A stretch of DNA of 64,000 nt from Octopus vulgaris (taxonomy: Eukaryota). The notes under the pieces were generated by a model. The model had not been told where the DNA came from. It did not search any database and worked only from the letters and a program-made list of their open reading frames with translations. Position 1 is the stretch's first letter. Every line of letters starts with the position of its first letter. The translations under genes and the position numbers were made by a program. Below, piece after piece: positions 11,718 to 25,023 of this stretch. The stretch lies in contig OX597839.1 in assembly GCA_951406725.2 (NCBI GenBank), forward strand, positions 28,582,001 through 28,646,000. Direction: 5' to 3'.

Positions 11718-13699
11718 TGTGCACGGTCACGGTCAAATGACTGAAACAAATAAAAGAATATGTGTGTGTGAGTGTGTGCGTGTGTTTACTGTCAGTCAAC
11801 CATAACATCTTGATGACATAATTTTTCCCTGTATAAAAACAGTACCTGATAGGTGCACTCCGTCGGTTGCGACGATGAGGGTCTCAGCTGATACGATCAA
11901 CGGAACAGCTTGCTCGTGATATTAACGTGCAAGTGGCTGAGCACTCCACAGACACGTGTACCCTTAATGTAGTTCTCGGGGATATTCAGCATGACACAGA
12001 GAGTGACAAGGCTGGCCCTTTGAAATACAGGTACAACAGAAACAGGAAGAAAGAGTGAGAGAAAGTTGTGGTGAAAGAGTACAGCAGGGATCACCATCAT
12101 CCCCTGCCGGAGCCTTGTGGAGCTTTTAGGTGTTTTCGCTCAATAAACACTCACAATGCCCGGTCTGGCAATCGAAACCGCGATACTCCGACCGCGAGTC
12201 CGCTGCCCTAACCACTGGGCCATTGCGCCTCCATAAAGACAGTACCAGCTAGTTGTCAAGTCCTTGCTGAATGAATTTCATTTCAGAGACTTCCTTCTTT
12301 TAGATTGGTTGTCTTCTCTACAACAGGTGAACGTCACCTTACTCTTGACTATATCCATTGGCCATTCACTTTCCTGACGGGTCTTGATTCCCCCGTCCTG
12401 CAGAGTACCCCAAAATCCCCTTCCGCTCCCAGCAAGCTTGGTGAGTTTGTCGGTTTAGTTGCTAATGACCCCAGCATGCAACAGGTTGTATGGAGTTATG
12501 TGTGACCAGCAGAAGAAAAAGCAACCTCACACACACACACGTACACACACACACACACACACACGTACACGTATGTGCATACACAGAGTTTGTGTGTCAC
12601 ATATGTCACGCAACCTTGTCATAATAAAGAATCCCACAAGCAAAGATGTGTGTTCGCACATTTACATGCACATCCACTATAACAACAAATACGTGCACAA
12701 TTAGACAAAGACACACACAGATGCTTGCTCACACACACACACACACACAGTTGCATACTCACACACACATACACACGCACACACGTATACTCGCACACGC
12801 ATACTCACACACATGTATACCCACACACACATACGCACACACACACGCACACACACTCACACTCACACACGCACGCTCACACATGCATACTCACACACAC
12901 ACACACATGCACACTCACACACGCACGCATACTCACACACACACGCATACTCACACACGCACACACACACGCATACTCACACACGCACACACATACATGT
13001 ATGCTCACGTACAAACACACACACACATGCATACTCACACACACACACACATACTCACACAAACACATCTATTTTACTTTCACTTGTTTCAATCATTAGA
13101 CTGTGGCCATGCTGGGGCACCACGTTGAAGAAATTTTAGTTGAATGATTCAACCCCAGTACTTAATTTTTTAAAGCCTGGTACATATTCTATCGGTCTCT
13201 TTTGCTGAGCCGCTAAGTTACAGGTGACATAAACACACCAACACCATCAAGCAGTGAAAAGGAGGGCGACAAACAGACAGACACACACACACACATTTAT
13301 TTATATATATGTGATGCAGTGCATCCAAACAATTTGAATTGGAGAAAAAGCACATTAGAAGAACTATATCCCACAACCAACAATCCCAGGCAAGATCAAT
13401 CCCAGGCAAGATCAAAGGCATCAATCTCCCCATTGTGACTCCATAGCAAAATCCATCCCGGGACTCAAATTACATTCACGCATCCATCGCAAACAGATGC
13501 AGCTTTTTGGCTTTTTTTCCTTTCTTTCTATTAATCTCTAACAAGTCCTCTCCTTCAAACACTCGTACATCGAAACTGATAGGAGCAACCATCGTATATA
13601 TATATATATATATATACAAAGTAAGATAGGGGTTATGAATGAACGAAATGAATTTGTTTCTCCATTTTCTTATTTGTATTATATATATATATATATAAT

Positions 13700-13890
13700 C
13701 CAAACAAGAAAACAAAAAGACAACAACGCAAGGATGTGGAATAAATAAAGTATTATTGGACGCTCAGGAAAGAAGGAGGGTTTGATGTTTCGAGCGGAGC
13801 TCTTCATCGGAAACATAGGAGAAAGAAAGATCCCGAGACGGGAAGACAGAGGAAAAAAAATTGCAGGTAGTATTCACGAGGTCACATACT
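13700..13890 (-). mobile_element. Penelope-like terminal-repeat fragment with degenerate minimal hammerhead (13780-13814)
   Basis: Minus strand GTTT-CCGATGA-A-GAGC-TCC-GCTC-GAAA-CA-TC-AAAC, embedded beside (TA)n. Confidence 0.5.
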
Positions 13891-14047
13891 AAAAAGACAG
13901 AAGTGGTAAAAATGGAGGAAAATGTTTTTTAAAAACAAGAGAGCTGAATCAAAGAAGGAATGGTAAAAAAAGGTGTGCGAGATGACAAGGGTGTGTGTGT
14001 GAGTGTGTGCGTGTGTGTGTATGGTGGACAATGGCTAGTAGCAGGCA

Positions 14048-14091
<44 letters not shown>

Positions 14092-14642
14092 TTCTTTGTT
14101 CCTGATCTTTCTCTCTCCGGCTGGGTAACATACTTCCTCTACAGCAAGATACCTGTCTCTGTATCGCTACATGACCTCCTCCAATACCTTCTCCCTTCTT
14201 AAAAGTGTTTGTCTTGCAAGTACTAGGTGACACTGCCATTGCCAATGCCACTTGAAAGCACCCAGTCCACACTGTAAAGAGGTTGATGTTGGGAAGGGCA
14301 GCCAGCTGTAAAAATCTTGCCAAAACAGTCACAGAAGCCTGGCTGGCTCTTGTGGTGGTACCATCCCACCCATACTAGCATGGAACACGGACGTTAAGTG
14401 ATGATGATGATGACACACACACACACAATGGGTGTCTTCTAATTTCCATCAACCAAATCCACTCACAAGGCTTCGGTTAACGAGAGGTTATAGAAGACAC
14501 TTGCCCAAGGTACATGCTGTGGAACTGAAACTAGAACCATGTGGTTGGGAAGCAAGCTTCTTACCACACAGCCACACCTGCACCTGTACAGAAATACAAC
14601 CCACACACACACACACAAACAAACCCCAGCCCCAGAACTCAC

Positions 14643-14780
14643 CTTCTTTCTGAAGAAACAGCTCCTTCAGTTTGGCTCTTTTTAAGCCAAACTCCTTCTC
14701 TTGTTCTTCTTTCTCCCGAATCAGTTCACGCTCCCTTCGTTCCAGATAGGCAAGCCGTTCGTGCAGAACCCTCAGTTCCT
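14643..14780 (-). CDS. RABEP1: RABEP1-like coding exon 2 (EELRVLHERLAYLERRERELIREKEEQEKEFGLKRAKLKELFLQKE)
   Basis: Acceptor gttttatttacag|, donor |gtgagt, 138 nt, phase 1-1. EFGLKRAKLKELFLQKE matches the Rabaptin-5 N-terminal motif EFNQKRAKFKELYLAKE as I recall it. Confidence 0.93.
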
Positions 14781-15621
14781 CTGTAAATAAAACAACAACA
14801 CACCATTGGTAAAAAAAAAAAAGGATGGCACCTCTGGACAAGGCAGCTGAATAGACATCACGGCTATGTGCCCTGCATTTTACCAAACTGCAGGAAGGGA
14901 AAGAAGACAAAACTGAGCCCTGTGGGCAAAGACCTCTAAAAATATGGAGGATGAAGATGAAAACACAGAACCAATAGCAATTTGTCCTGGAATAGAACAA
15001 GAAATACTTCACTAGGAAAACAGGTTAAGGGTTAGTGACAGGAAAGGCATCTGACCATAGAATACTGCCTCAATAACTCTTGTCCGAGTTACATCAGCAT
15101 GGGAAAAGCAGAGGTGATGATGATGATGATAGTGGTGTTGGTAATGGGAATGATGATGATTGTGATAGTGGTGGTGGGGATGATGATGGTGGTGATGATG
15201 GTGATGGTGGTGGGGAGGGGAGGGGAGGACGAGAAGAGGTGGGGGAGGAGGGGAGGGAGGAGAGGAGCACGAGGACGAGGAGTGAAGTTCAAGGCCCATC
15301 CTCCCAGCCTGGTGGAGGGGATAAGTCTTGTTTTTTTTTTTAGTTTATTCCAGTTGTTTCAATGGTCCCCCCTCCCCTTTTAGAAAAAAGTACATACGAC
15401 TGAATTAGCTAATATGCCCTTTCCTTTTATATAAAGAAGAGTAAGATATGATTTGAGGGAGACTTGACTGTTATTTCTATTGGGGTAGGAAATCTAGCAG
15501 GACCCAAACAGGAGGAGGCTGCATGCAACAGAACTAAAACCATCCTTTTCCACTCAAAACTACAGACAAGTTACTGGTGTGGAACTTGTCACATTCACAT
15601 CCGTTTGGTTTGTTCTCTTAA

Positions 15622-15843
15622 CCCTTTTGTTACCATATTTCTTTTGAGATGCTCTGTGTTTCTTTCAATTAATTTTAAATATAACAAAGAATTTAGTAAA
15701 ATAACTTAGTTATCATTCAGCTAGTGTTAGGAACACAAATTGTGACTAAGGTTTGGTGAAAGATTTTAATTCAAAACTTATGAAAACAAGACATTTGTAC
15801 TCAGAGCCAGAGGTGGTTTCAGATGGGGTTGGTAATGAAAGGG
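15622..15843. mobile_element. piggyBac-type TTAA MITE (other copies 32023-32232, ~36193-36412, ~52946-53160, degraded ~620-860)
   Basis: TTAA|CCCTTTTGTTACC ... GGTAATGAAAGGG|TTAA. Confidence 0.85.
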
Positions 15844-16256
15844 TTAAAGTAATAATTTGTTGAAATCTAGAAACAGGGTCAGCATTTCTAAGGAGAGGTG
15901 TTTAGTCGAATACATCGACCCCCAGTATTTGACTGGTATTTATTTTACTGGCTCTGAAAGGATGAAAGGTAAAAACTGACCTCAATGGAATTCCGACTCG
16001 GAACACAAAAAGCAGGAAGAACTCCTGCTAAGCATTTTGTCTGGTTTACCAACGATTCTGGCAGCTCACCAACTTGATGATAATAATAATCCTTTCTACT
16101 ATAAGCACAAGGCCTGAAATTTGGGGGAGGGGGGAGTCATTTGATTTGATCAACCCCAGTATGCAACTGATACTTATATGATCAACCCCGAAAGGATGAA
16201 AGGTGTAGTCAACCCCGGTGGAATTTGAACTCGGAATGCAGTGGCAGACAAAATAC

Positions 16257-16491
16257 CTATTTCTTTACTACCCACAAGGGGCTAAACACAGAGGGGATAA
16301 ACAAGGACAGACAAACGGTATTAAGTCGAATTACATCGACCCCAGTGCGTAACTGGTACTTAATTTATCGACCTCGAAAGGATGAAAGGCAAAGTCGACC
16401 TCGGCGGAATTTGAACTCACAACGTAACGGCAGACGAAATACTGCAAAGCATTTCGCCCAGCGTGCTAACGTTTCTGCCAGCTCGCCGCCT
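16257..16491 (-). mobile_element. SINE family C (central gactttgcctttcatcctttcggggtcgataaattaagtaccag, Meta/Sauria-SINE-like); other copies at about 4407-4617, 8990-9218, 18836-19065, 28023-28240, 32370-32603, 39955-40190 (+), 42871-43093, 49995-50224
   Basis: Many highly similar dispersed copies with a tRNA-like head (ggcggcgagctggcagaa...gagttcaaattcc). A dense cluster of copies spans 15890-16800. Confidence 0.9.
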
Positions 16492-16557
16492 TTGGCAGAC
16501 AAAATACCACTAACCATTTCGTCCGAGGTGCTAACAATACTGCCAGCTCACCACCTC

Positions 16558-16592
<35 letters not shown>

Positions 16593-17255
16593 CCTTTCTA
16601 CTATAGGCACAAGGCCTGAAATTTTTGGTGAGGGGGCCAGTCAATTTGATCAACCCCAGTACGCAATTGGTACTTAATTTATTGACCCCCGAAAGAATGA
16701 AAGGCAAAGTCGACCTCAACGAAATTTGAACTCAGAACGTAATTATGCATGAAATGCTGCTAAGCATTTTGCCCGGCATGCTAACGATTCTGCCAGCTAA
16801 TAAGTAATAACAATATATTTTCATTGATAAAAAGGTAAAGACCACCACCCCCCATGGGAATGCACCTAGAAAGTACCCTCCGAGGCATAAGTCCAGACAA
16901 GGTTGTTTATGGAAGACCAGCAGTCGCCCATGCATACCAGCCTCACCTCTTCATACCACAGATGTTATCCGAGGGAAAGGCAAAGGGGCCGATACAGCTT
17001 GGCACTAGTGACATCGCAACTCATTTTTACAGCTGAGTGAACTGGGGCAACGTGAAATAAAGTGTCTTGCTCAAGAACACCACACACACAGCCCCGTCTG
17101 GGAATCGATCTCACTACCTCACCATGCACCTTCATTTTCATTGATAGGAATCCCTAAATTTATGTGACAGGGCTGCCCAGAGGGGGTGGATGAAGGGCAA
17201 AAATCAAACACAACAAAGCCACCAAGACCTAAGAAAAGAAAGGCAAGTAAAAGAA

Positions 17256-17668
17256 AGGCGCAGGAGTGGCTGTGTGGTAAGTAGCTTGCTAACCAACCAC
17301 ATAGTTCCGGGTTCAGTCACACTGCGTGGCACCTTGGGCAAGTGTCTTCCGCTATAGCCCCGGGCCGACCAATGCCTTGTGAGTGGATTTGGTAGACGGA
17401 AACTGAAAGAAGTCTGTCGTATATATGTATATATGTATATATATATGTGTGTGTGTGTTTGTGTGTCTGTGTTTGTCCCCCTAGCATTGCTTGACAACCG
17501 ATGCTGGTGTGTTTACGTTCCCGTCACTTAGCGGTTCGGCAAAAGAGCCCGATAAATAAGTACTGGGCTTACAAAAGAATAAGTACCGTGGTTGATTTGC
17601 TCGACTGAAGGCGGTGCTCCAGCATGGCCGCAGTCAAAATGACTGAAACAAGTAAAAGAGTAAAAGAG
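17256..17668 (+). mobile_element. SINE family B (CORE-like, internal TA/TG microsatellite); other copies at about 1-335, 11360-11465, 14420-14583, 22517-22920, 24550-24895, 25211-25622, 37615-37988, 42280-42657, 44768-45130, 49238-49640, 60532-61080
   Basis: Head aggcgcaggagtggctgtgtgg...ggttcagtc. Contains gtggcaccttgggcaagt, similar to the MIR/CORE domain. Tail ...gactgaaacaagtaaaagagtaaaag. Confidence 0.9.
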
Positions 17669-17869
17669 TAATGAAATGAAATACTAAAATACATTTACTC
17701 CAACGGTGCCACACTGCGTCGGTATTGCACTAAATTCCATTGCATAATAATGATTTTCATCTTCTCTGCAGCAGCAGCTGTTGTGGCTATAATAGTTGCA
17801 CAACATCGCAACCAGCAAACTTACTGCATGGTACACTGTGGCAGTACAGTCCCAGACCACACCGACCCG

Positions 17870-18390
17870 GCATATATACGGCAGACAGCTAAACTAAACG
17901 AGCTAAGGGGAGGGCTTTTAGGTCGTTGTTCAATCGGCTAGAAATAGCAGCGAAAATATCTTTTAAATCACAACCAATTATTTGTAACAGATATACAGCA
18001 GTCAGGTACACTAAACGAGCTAATGTGAGAGCTTTAGGTTGTTGCTCAACCTGCTAGAAATAGCAGCCAAAATATCCATTAAAACAACCAATTATTTGTA
18101 CAATGTATGGGACAGTCCTTGGCCACAATTTCGTATATACAGCAGTCAGAGACACTAAACGAGCTAATGTGAGGGGTTTAGGTCGTTGTTCAATCAGCTA
18201 GAAATAACAGCCCAAATATCCTTTAAACCACAAACCTACCACCTGTACTATGTATGAGACAGTCCTTGGCCACACTTTCATACATACAGCAGTCAGGTAC
18301 ACTAAACAAACCAATGAGAGAACTTTTAGGTTGCTGCTCAATCTGCTGGAAATAGCAGCCAAAATACCCTTTAAATCACAACGTACCATC
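17870..18390. repeat. Four diverged tandem copies of a 120-146-bp unit
   Basis: atacagcagtcaggtacactaaac...ctagaaatagcagccaaaatatc recurs at about 17875, 17993, 18137 and 18283. Confidence 0.85.
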
Positions 18391-19473
18391 TTAAAAATGG
18401 ACAGACACATTGAACAATGTGCTCTTAGATACATTGTGTCTGAATAGAAGGCAAGATGCTCCATAGCCAGAATGTAGTTAATCTCAGGTCTGCTCTATCA
18501 GAGCTGACCTACATCTAAACAATAGCAGTGTGACTAAATTATAGGGTGGGCCAGAAGTCATGCACCAAAATTAAAACTTATTTAATATAAAACCTGCTGA
18601 GGTCAATTTTGCCTTTCATCCTTTCAGGGTCATTAAATTAGGTATGAGTTGCATACTGGAGTCGATCTAATCGACTGGCCCCACCTCCCCAAAATTTTTG
18701 GGCCTTGTATATTACAACACTCATTTTCATCCTTTCTAGATTCCTATTTCAAAAGCAGTTGGGAGTTGAATTTCCTTTTCACCCCATTTGGAAAGGAAAC
18801 CGGGTTGGAAGGCAAGGGGTAATGAATTAAGTACCTATTTCTTTATTACCCACAAGGGGCTGAACATAGAGGGGACAAACATGGACAGACATAGGTATTA
18901 AGTCGATTATATCGACCCCAGTGCTTAACTGGTACTTAATTTATCGACCCCGAAAGGATGAAAGGCAAAGTCGACCTCGGCGGAATTTGAACTCACAACG
19001 TAACGGCAGACGAAATACCGCTAAGCATTTCGCCCAACGTGCTAACGATTCTGCTAACTCGCCGCAGAATTAAGTACCAGTAGCAAATAATCAAAGTATG
19101 GTCATTACTTGGAATTCTGGACTACTTGGTAGCCGGTACCACACTTTCACCAAATGTTTTAGGCAGCAGCCCCCAATCACAGGGCCACAGATACAATGTG
19201 TTATAAATTAGTAAGTAAAGAATATAAAAATGTTTTATCAATATACATTAGTAAGTAAAATAAATGTAAGAATTAGAGAAACAGCAACTTGAAAAGCTTC
19301 CCACTTCTGCCAACATAGACTGTAAAGCAGAAAATAAAAATAAATAAGCATTCTGAACCGAAATGCAAATGAAAACAAGATTCTTACAAAAGCACCAAAT
19401 AAGGCATCCTATTCTCAGAAAACATATATGTATGTATGTATGTATTATGTATGTGTGTATGTATATATATATG

Positions 19474-19504
<31 letters not shown>

Positions 19505-19530
19505 ATATATATATATGTATGTATCATGTA

Positions 19531-19562
<32 letters not shown>

Positions 19563-19680
19563 ATGTATGTATACATATACATGTATATATATATATGTAT
19601 ATGTGCGCGTGTATATATATGCATGTGTGTATATATATATGTATGTATGTGTATATATTTGTATGTATGTGTATATATAT

Positions 19681-19711
<31 letters not shown>

Positions 19712-22516
19712 CGCGCACATATATATATATACATAAATAATACACACTGAGAAAGATATATTAAATGCCATGAGATAAATACTTGATTTATTGGAATTCT
19801 CTTCCTTTCCAGAAAAGGTAAAACAATCACCAGCTGATAATTTGGACCAACTTTGCATGGGAAGGGGAGACAATCGCAAGAATCAAGGATTCTCCAGAAA
19901 TGACATGACGTTAAGGGAAAAACCATAATGGCATGGGAATTCTGGAAATTTTATTCCCAAGGTTATCTCCCTTTTGCATTCAGAGCTGATCCTCATAGCC
20001 ACCTGGTGATTGTTTTACCTTCTCTCTAGAATCTCAGATAATGTCAGTATATCAAGAATTTATTTTGCATGTTATTTAATATACCCTTACTTGTCTGTCG
20101 TTGAAATTCATGGCACTGGGTGTTGTGGGTTATTTTTCTAAGATCAATTTTGCTTTGTGTGTCTGTGTGTGTGTGCTTGTATATGTACATTTGTATGTAT
20201 CCACATATGAAAACAAGTATTGTGAAAACACAAAGAAATAGCAAAAAATACCAAGCTGCAATGAAGAAAAGTTTAAGGAAGTTTTTTATGTTGGAAAACT
20301 TTATCCTTTATCACAGGAAAGAAGAAAATGATGAAAAGAAGGAATAGAAACCGGCAAGAAATTCCAAGAACAAAAAATGTGTATGTATATTTGGACTCGA
20401 ATTGGAAACTCAAGACCCACTTTTCTGGGATTCCTTTATATATTACATTAGAGTTGTAATGCCAATCAACTCCCTACAAGTGGTTACCATATCTACTCAT
20501 GAGTCATACTCCTAATTTGAAGCTAAATGTTGGAACAAAATTTTTTCCTTTCATAGTTTAGCTTTGCTTTGTGTATGTCACCCAGTTTTTATTTTTAAAT
20601 TTTTTTCAGTTAAAATCGAATATACAATAGTATGATTCATGCATGACTAAACACAATAATAATTTTTGCTCTCTTGGTGACCTATTTAGCTGAAAGTAGT
20701 GAAGTGTCCTGAAAGTGTAATTGCCAGAGTAAAAACAGGCTGGAGAATGCTGGGAGAGCTATTATCTCTGCTGGTAACAAGGGCTTTGCTTTCAGAGTAA
20801 AGGGCAGATTGTATGAAGCTTGTGTGCAAAGTGAAATGCTAATGGCCACAAGATGTTAGCCTTGAAAGAGTGGAAGACTTGGAGAAGGAAATTAAGTAAG
20901 TGTGCTTCATAGGATATGCAACATTAGTGTGCATAGAAGGAAAACAAAAGACCCCACTTTGGTCACGACACTTACCATGGGATTACACCAAGAAAGTTGC
21001 CCCCCCCCCCCCCGGCACAAGTCTAGGCAAGGTTGTTTATGGAAGACCAGCAGTTGCCCATGCATACCAAATTCCTCTCTCCATGCCACCGATGTTATCC
21101 AAGAGAAAGGCAAAGGCTGATACAGCTTGGCACCAGTGACGTCGCAACTCATTTCTACAGCTGAGTGAACTGGGGCAACACAAAATAAAGTGTCTTGTTC
21201 AAGAACACAACACACAGCTTGGTCTAGGAATCGAACTCACAACCTCATGATTGTGAGACCAATGTTCTAACCACTGAACCATGACCCTTCAGTGTGCCTA
21301 AATAGCGGGTTGTTGATGAGCCGAGAGAGAGAGAGATACTAATGTAAGAGGAATCTAATGTGATTGCTTAGTTTTAGAAAGGCAATGTATCAGGTAGGTG
21401 TGAGACCAGGCAGAAGACCAGGTGTGGGCCAGCCAAACACAGCCAAGTTAAATGCTAAGGGGTTACACAAGGACAGTTGAAAGAACCACTTGCTTCTACA
21501 TCGAATATAAACATGGACTGGGCAAAGATAGGATTAAAAAGTCAAAACAGACATACACAGTTAAACCAAAAGCAAGCATTGAAAGTGTAAACTTGTAGAA
21601 AAAAGAGAATACCCAAAATTCCTCGCTAATATCGTCCACCACCAAGAACTAAACATAGTAATCCTACCTATACACTGTGGTAGCAGTGGTGGTGGTAGTA
21701 GTAGTAGGTGTTGTAGTAGATTATCAAGTGTGGGTTAGTTGGTAAAGCGCTGGAATTCAATCAAGCACGAAGGAGAAGAGCACAGGTTCAGTCCCTGAAC
21801 ACAGTCGATGAAATAGTTTACTTCATCCACAGGTCAGCTGGTTTTAGCGGTGGTGATGGTGGTGGTGGTGGTGGTGATGCTTTTATTTACTTTTTTTATA
21901 TTTTTAGTTTTATTTTTTTTAGTTTTGGTTCAGTTAGTTAAGGCTGAAATTCCACAAAAAAAAGAGAGACATGACAATTGAGTGACATCAGAGAAATCCA
22001 AAAACAGTGTTTAGGTGGGTACTCAGCCTGCTAGAAATAGCAGCTAAATCACCCTCAACTCAAACTCCAAAGGGACTTAAACACAAACTCATTGGATATG
22101 GTAGTCTTAGATATCCCCCAAAAAGAAAAGGGAGGGTTTCCAACAGGAGTGCCTTCAACCACAGGACAGCTTGACCAAGACTGACCGGCTGACCTCCAGT
22201 TGAACACAAACAATGAAAACATTTCATGTTTGGACTTGGTTTGCAAGATTCTTTATGTGAGTCTGTGTGTTGAAGCATATTTTGTAGTGTCTGTGGAGAG
22301 TACTTCTCTTTTAGTGCCTTATTATTTAATACACTCGCTGGTAAAATTTCCACTCATTTACTTATTTATTTTTCTAAAATTTTCAATTTGAAAAGAGGGA
22401 AAAAGTTGCCAAGAATTCACATAAGTTTCTTTTCTTTTTTAAAATCTTATTACAAAGTTCTTCCAAATTCATAATCAAAACAAAAATTTGGTCAGATTTT
22501 AGTAAAATATATACTA

Positions 22517-22920
22517 TTTACTCTTTTACTTGTTTCAGTCATTTGACTGCGGCCATGCTGGAGCACCGCCTTTAATCGAGCAACTCAACCCCGAGGCTTA
22601 TTCTTTTTGTAAGCCCAGTACTTATTCTATCGGTCTCTTTTGCCGAACCGCTAAGTAACGGGGATATAAACACACCAGCATCGGTTGTCAAGCAATGCTA
22701 GGGGGACAAACACAGACACACAAACACACATACATATATATATATATACATATATACGACAGGCTTCTTTCAGTTTCCGTCTACCAAATCCACTCACAAG
22801 GCATTGGTCGGCCCGGGGCTATAGCAGAAGACACTTGCCCAAGATGCCACGCAGTGGGACTGAACCCGGAACCACGTGGTTGGTTAGCAAGCTACTTACC
22901 ACACAGCCACTCCTGCGCCT
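22517..22920 (-). mobile_element. SINE family B, full-length inverted copy
   Basis: Reverse complement closely matches 17256-17668. Confidence 0.9.
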
Positions 22921-23452
22921 ATGCTCAGAAAATTTCAAAGAATATGGTATTTGTTGTTGTTACTATTATCCTCATCATCGTTATTATTAAGACAAGCCAG
23001 CAGAATCATTAGCATGCTGCCTAAAATGCTTAGTGGTATTTTGTCCACTGCTACATTCTGAGTTCAAATTCCGCCAAGGTCAACTTTGCCTTTCATCCTT
23101 TGTGTGTGGGGGGGGGGTCAATAAAATAAGTACCCGTTGAAAACTAGGGTCAATGTAATTGGCTCATCCCCACCTCCCTCAAGCTGCCCTTGTAGCAAAA
23201 ATTTGAAATAATAATTATTATTATTATTATTATTATTAAGGCAGTGAGCAGACAATTGTTAGTACACTGGACAAAGTGCTTAGCAGTATTTTGTCTGTCT
23301 GTACATTCTGAGTTCAAATTCCACTGAGGTCTACTTTACCTTTCATCTTTTCAGGATTGATAAAATAAGAGTACAGGGGTCAATGTGATCAACTATCCCT
23401 TCTAAAATTTCAAGCCTTCACCTTTAGTAGAAAGGATTATTATTGACTAATT

Positions 23453-24036
23453 ATTAGTCCACCTACCATGGTGGTTAGTCCACTCTGTAGGATGGCTAGT
23501 CCACTCTGCAGGATGGCTAGTCCACCCAGCACGATGGTTAGTCCACTCTGCGGGATGGCTAGTCCACTCTGTGGGATGGCTAGTCCACTCTGCGGGATGG
23601 TTAGTCCACCCAGCGGGATGGTTAGTCCACTCTGCGGGATGGCTAGTCCACTCTGCGGGATGGTTAATCCACTCTGTGGGATGGCTAGTCCACTCTGCGG
23701 GATGGCTAGTCCACTCTGCGGGATGGCTAGTCCACTCTGCGGGATGGCTAGTCCACTCTGCGGGATGGCTAGTCCACTCTGCAGGATGGTTAATCCACTC
23801 TGCGGGATGGCTAGTCCACCCAACGGGATGGTTAGTCCACCCAGCGGGATGGTTAGTCCACTCTGCAGGATGGTTAGTCCACTCTGCGGGATGGCTAGTC
23901 CACCCAGCGGGATGGTTAGTCCACTCTGCAGGATGGTTAGTCCACTCTGCGGGATGGTTAATCCACTCTGCAGGATGGTTAATCCACTCTGCGGGATGGT
24001 TAGTCCACTCTGCGGGATGGTTAGTCCACTCTGCAG
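23453..24036. repeat. 21-bp minisatellite, about 28 copies (GGATGGYTAGTCCACTCTGCR)
   Basis: Direct tandem periodicity. Runs directly into a family D element at 24037-24192. Confidence 0.97.
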
Positions 24037-24920
24037 GGCAGTTGGTGTTAGGCAGGGCATCCAGCAGTAAAAATCGTGCCACGCCAGACACAAGAAGCTT
24101 GGTGAAGTCTTCTACCTGGTTGGCTCCTGTGAAACCATCCGACCCATGCCAGCATAGAAGGTAGACATTAAACGATGATGATGATGATGATGAAGTACCA
24201 ATCAAATACAGGAATTTATGGTATCAACTAACCCCTTCCCTAAAAACTACTGGCCTTTTGCCTAAATTAGAATCAATTACTAGTAGTAGTGGTAGTGGTG
24301 GTAGTATGCAATTACCACTGTTATTATGCACACCACTAATTACTCTTTCTGCTACTGTATTTTCCAGCTCACAAGTTGCCTTAGTACTTAAGTCAGGGTA
24401 AACTTTTCAAACAAAATGAAAGTATTTTTAAGTCTATACTCCTCGCAATAAGTCAATTTTTCCCCCAAAATAATCAGTCTACCAGAGATTTATTTTCGTT
24501 GTTGGTACAATCTTAGGCAGTAGATTTTGGCCTGAAGGATTCAATATCTTTCACTTGTTTCATTGATTAGACTGCAGTCATGCTGGAGCACTATCTCGAA
24601 GAATTCTTCACTGAATGAATCAACCCCAGAACCTGTTTCTTTCGCCCCCGCTTTTCTAAATCCAGTACTTATTGTATCAGTCCCTTTTGCTGAACTGCTA
24701 AGTTATGGGGATGTAAACACACCAATACCAGTTGTCAAGTGGTGGTGGTGGGGGACAAACAGACAGACAGAAAAATACGCACACACACACACACACACAT
24801 GATGAGCTTCTTTCAGTTTCCATCTACCAAATCCGCTTACAAAGCATTGGTTGACCTGAGGCCTTAGTAGAAGACACTTGCCCAAGGAACCGTGCCCAAT
24901 ACCTACATCACTATATAGAT

Positions 24921-24997
<77 letters not shown>

Positions 24998-25023
24998 TGT
25001 GTGTGTGTGTGTGTAAAGATATA

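Noticed and set aside
15012-15383. His/Pro-rich or Asp/Gly-rich ORFs
   Set aside because: (GAT/GGT)n tail of a family D element plus a purine-rich low-complexity tract.
23440-24205. Repeat-protein genes (PAEWTNH)n / (LAIPQSG)n
   Set aside because: A by-product of a stop-free 21-bp minisatellite with no splice or start context.
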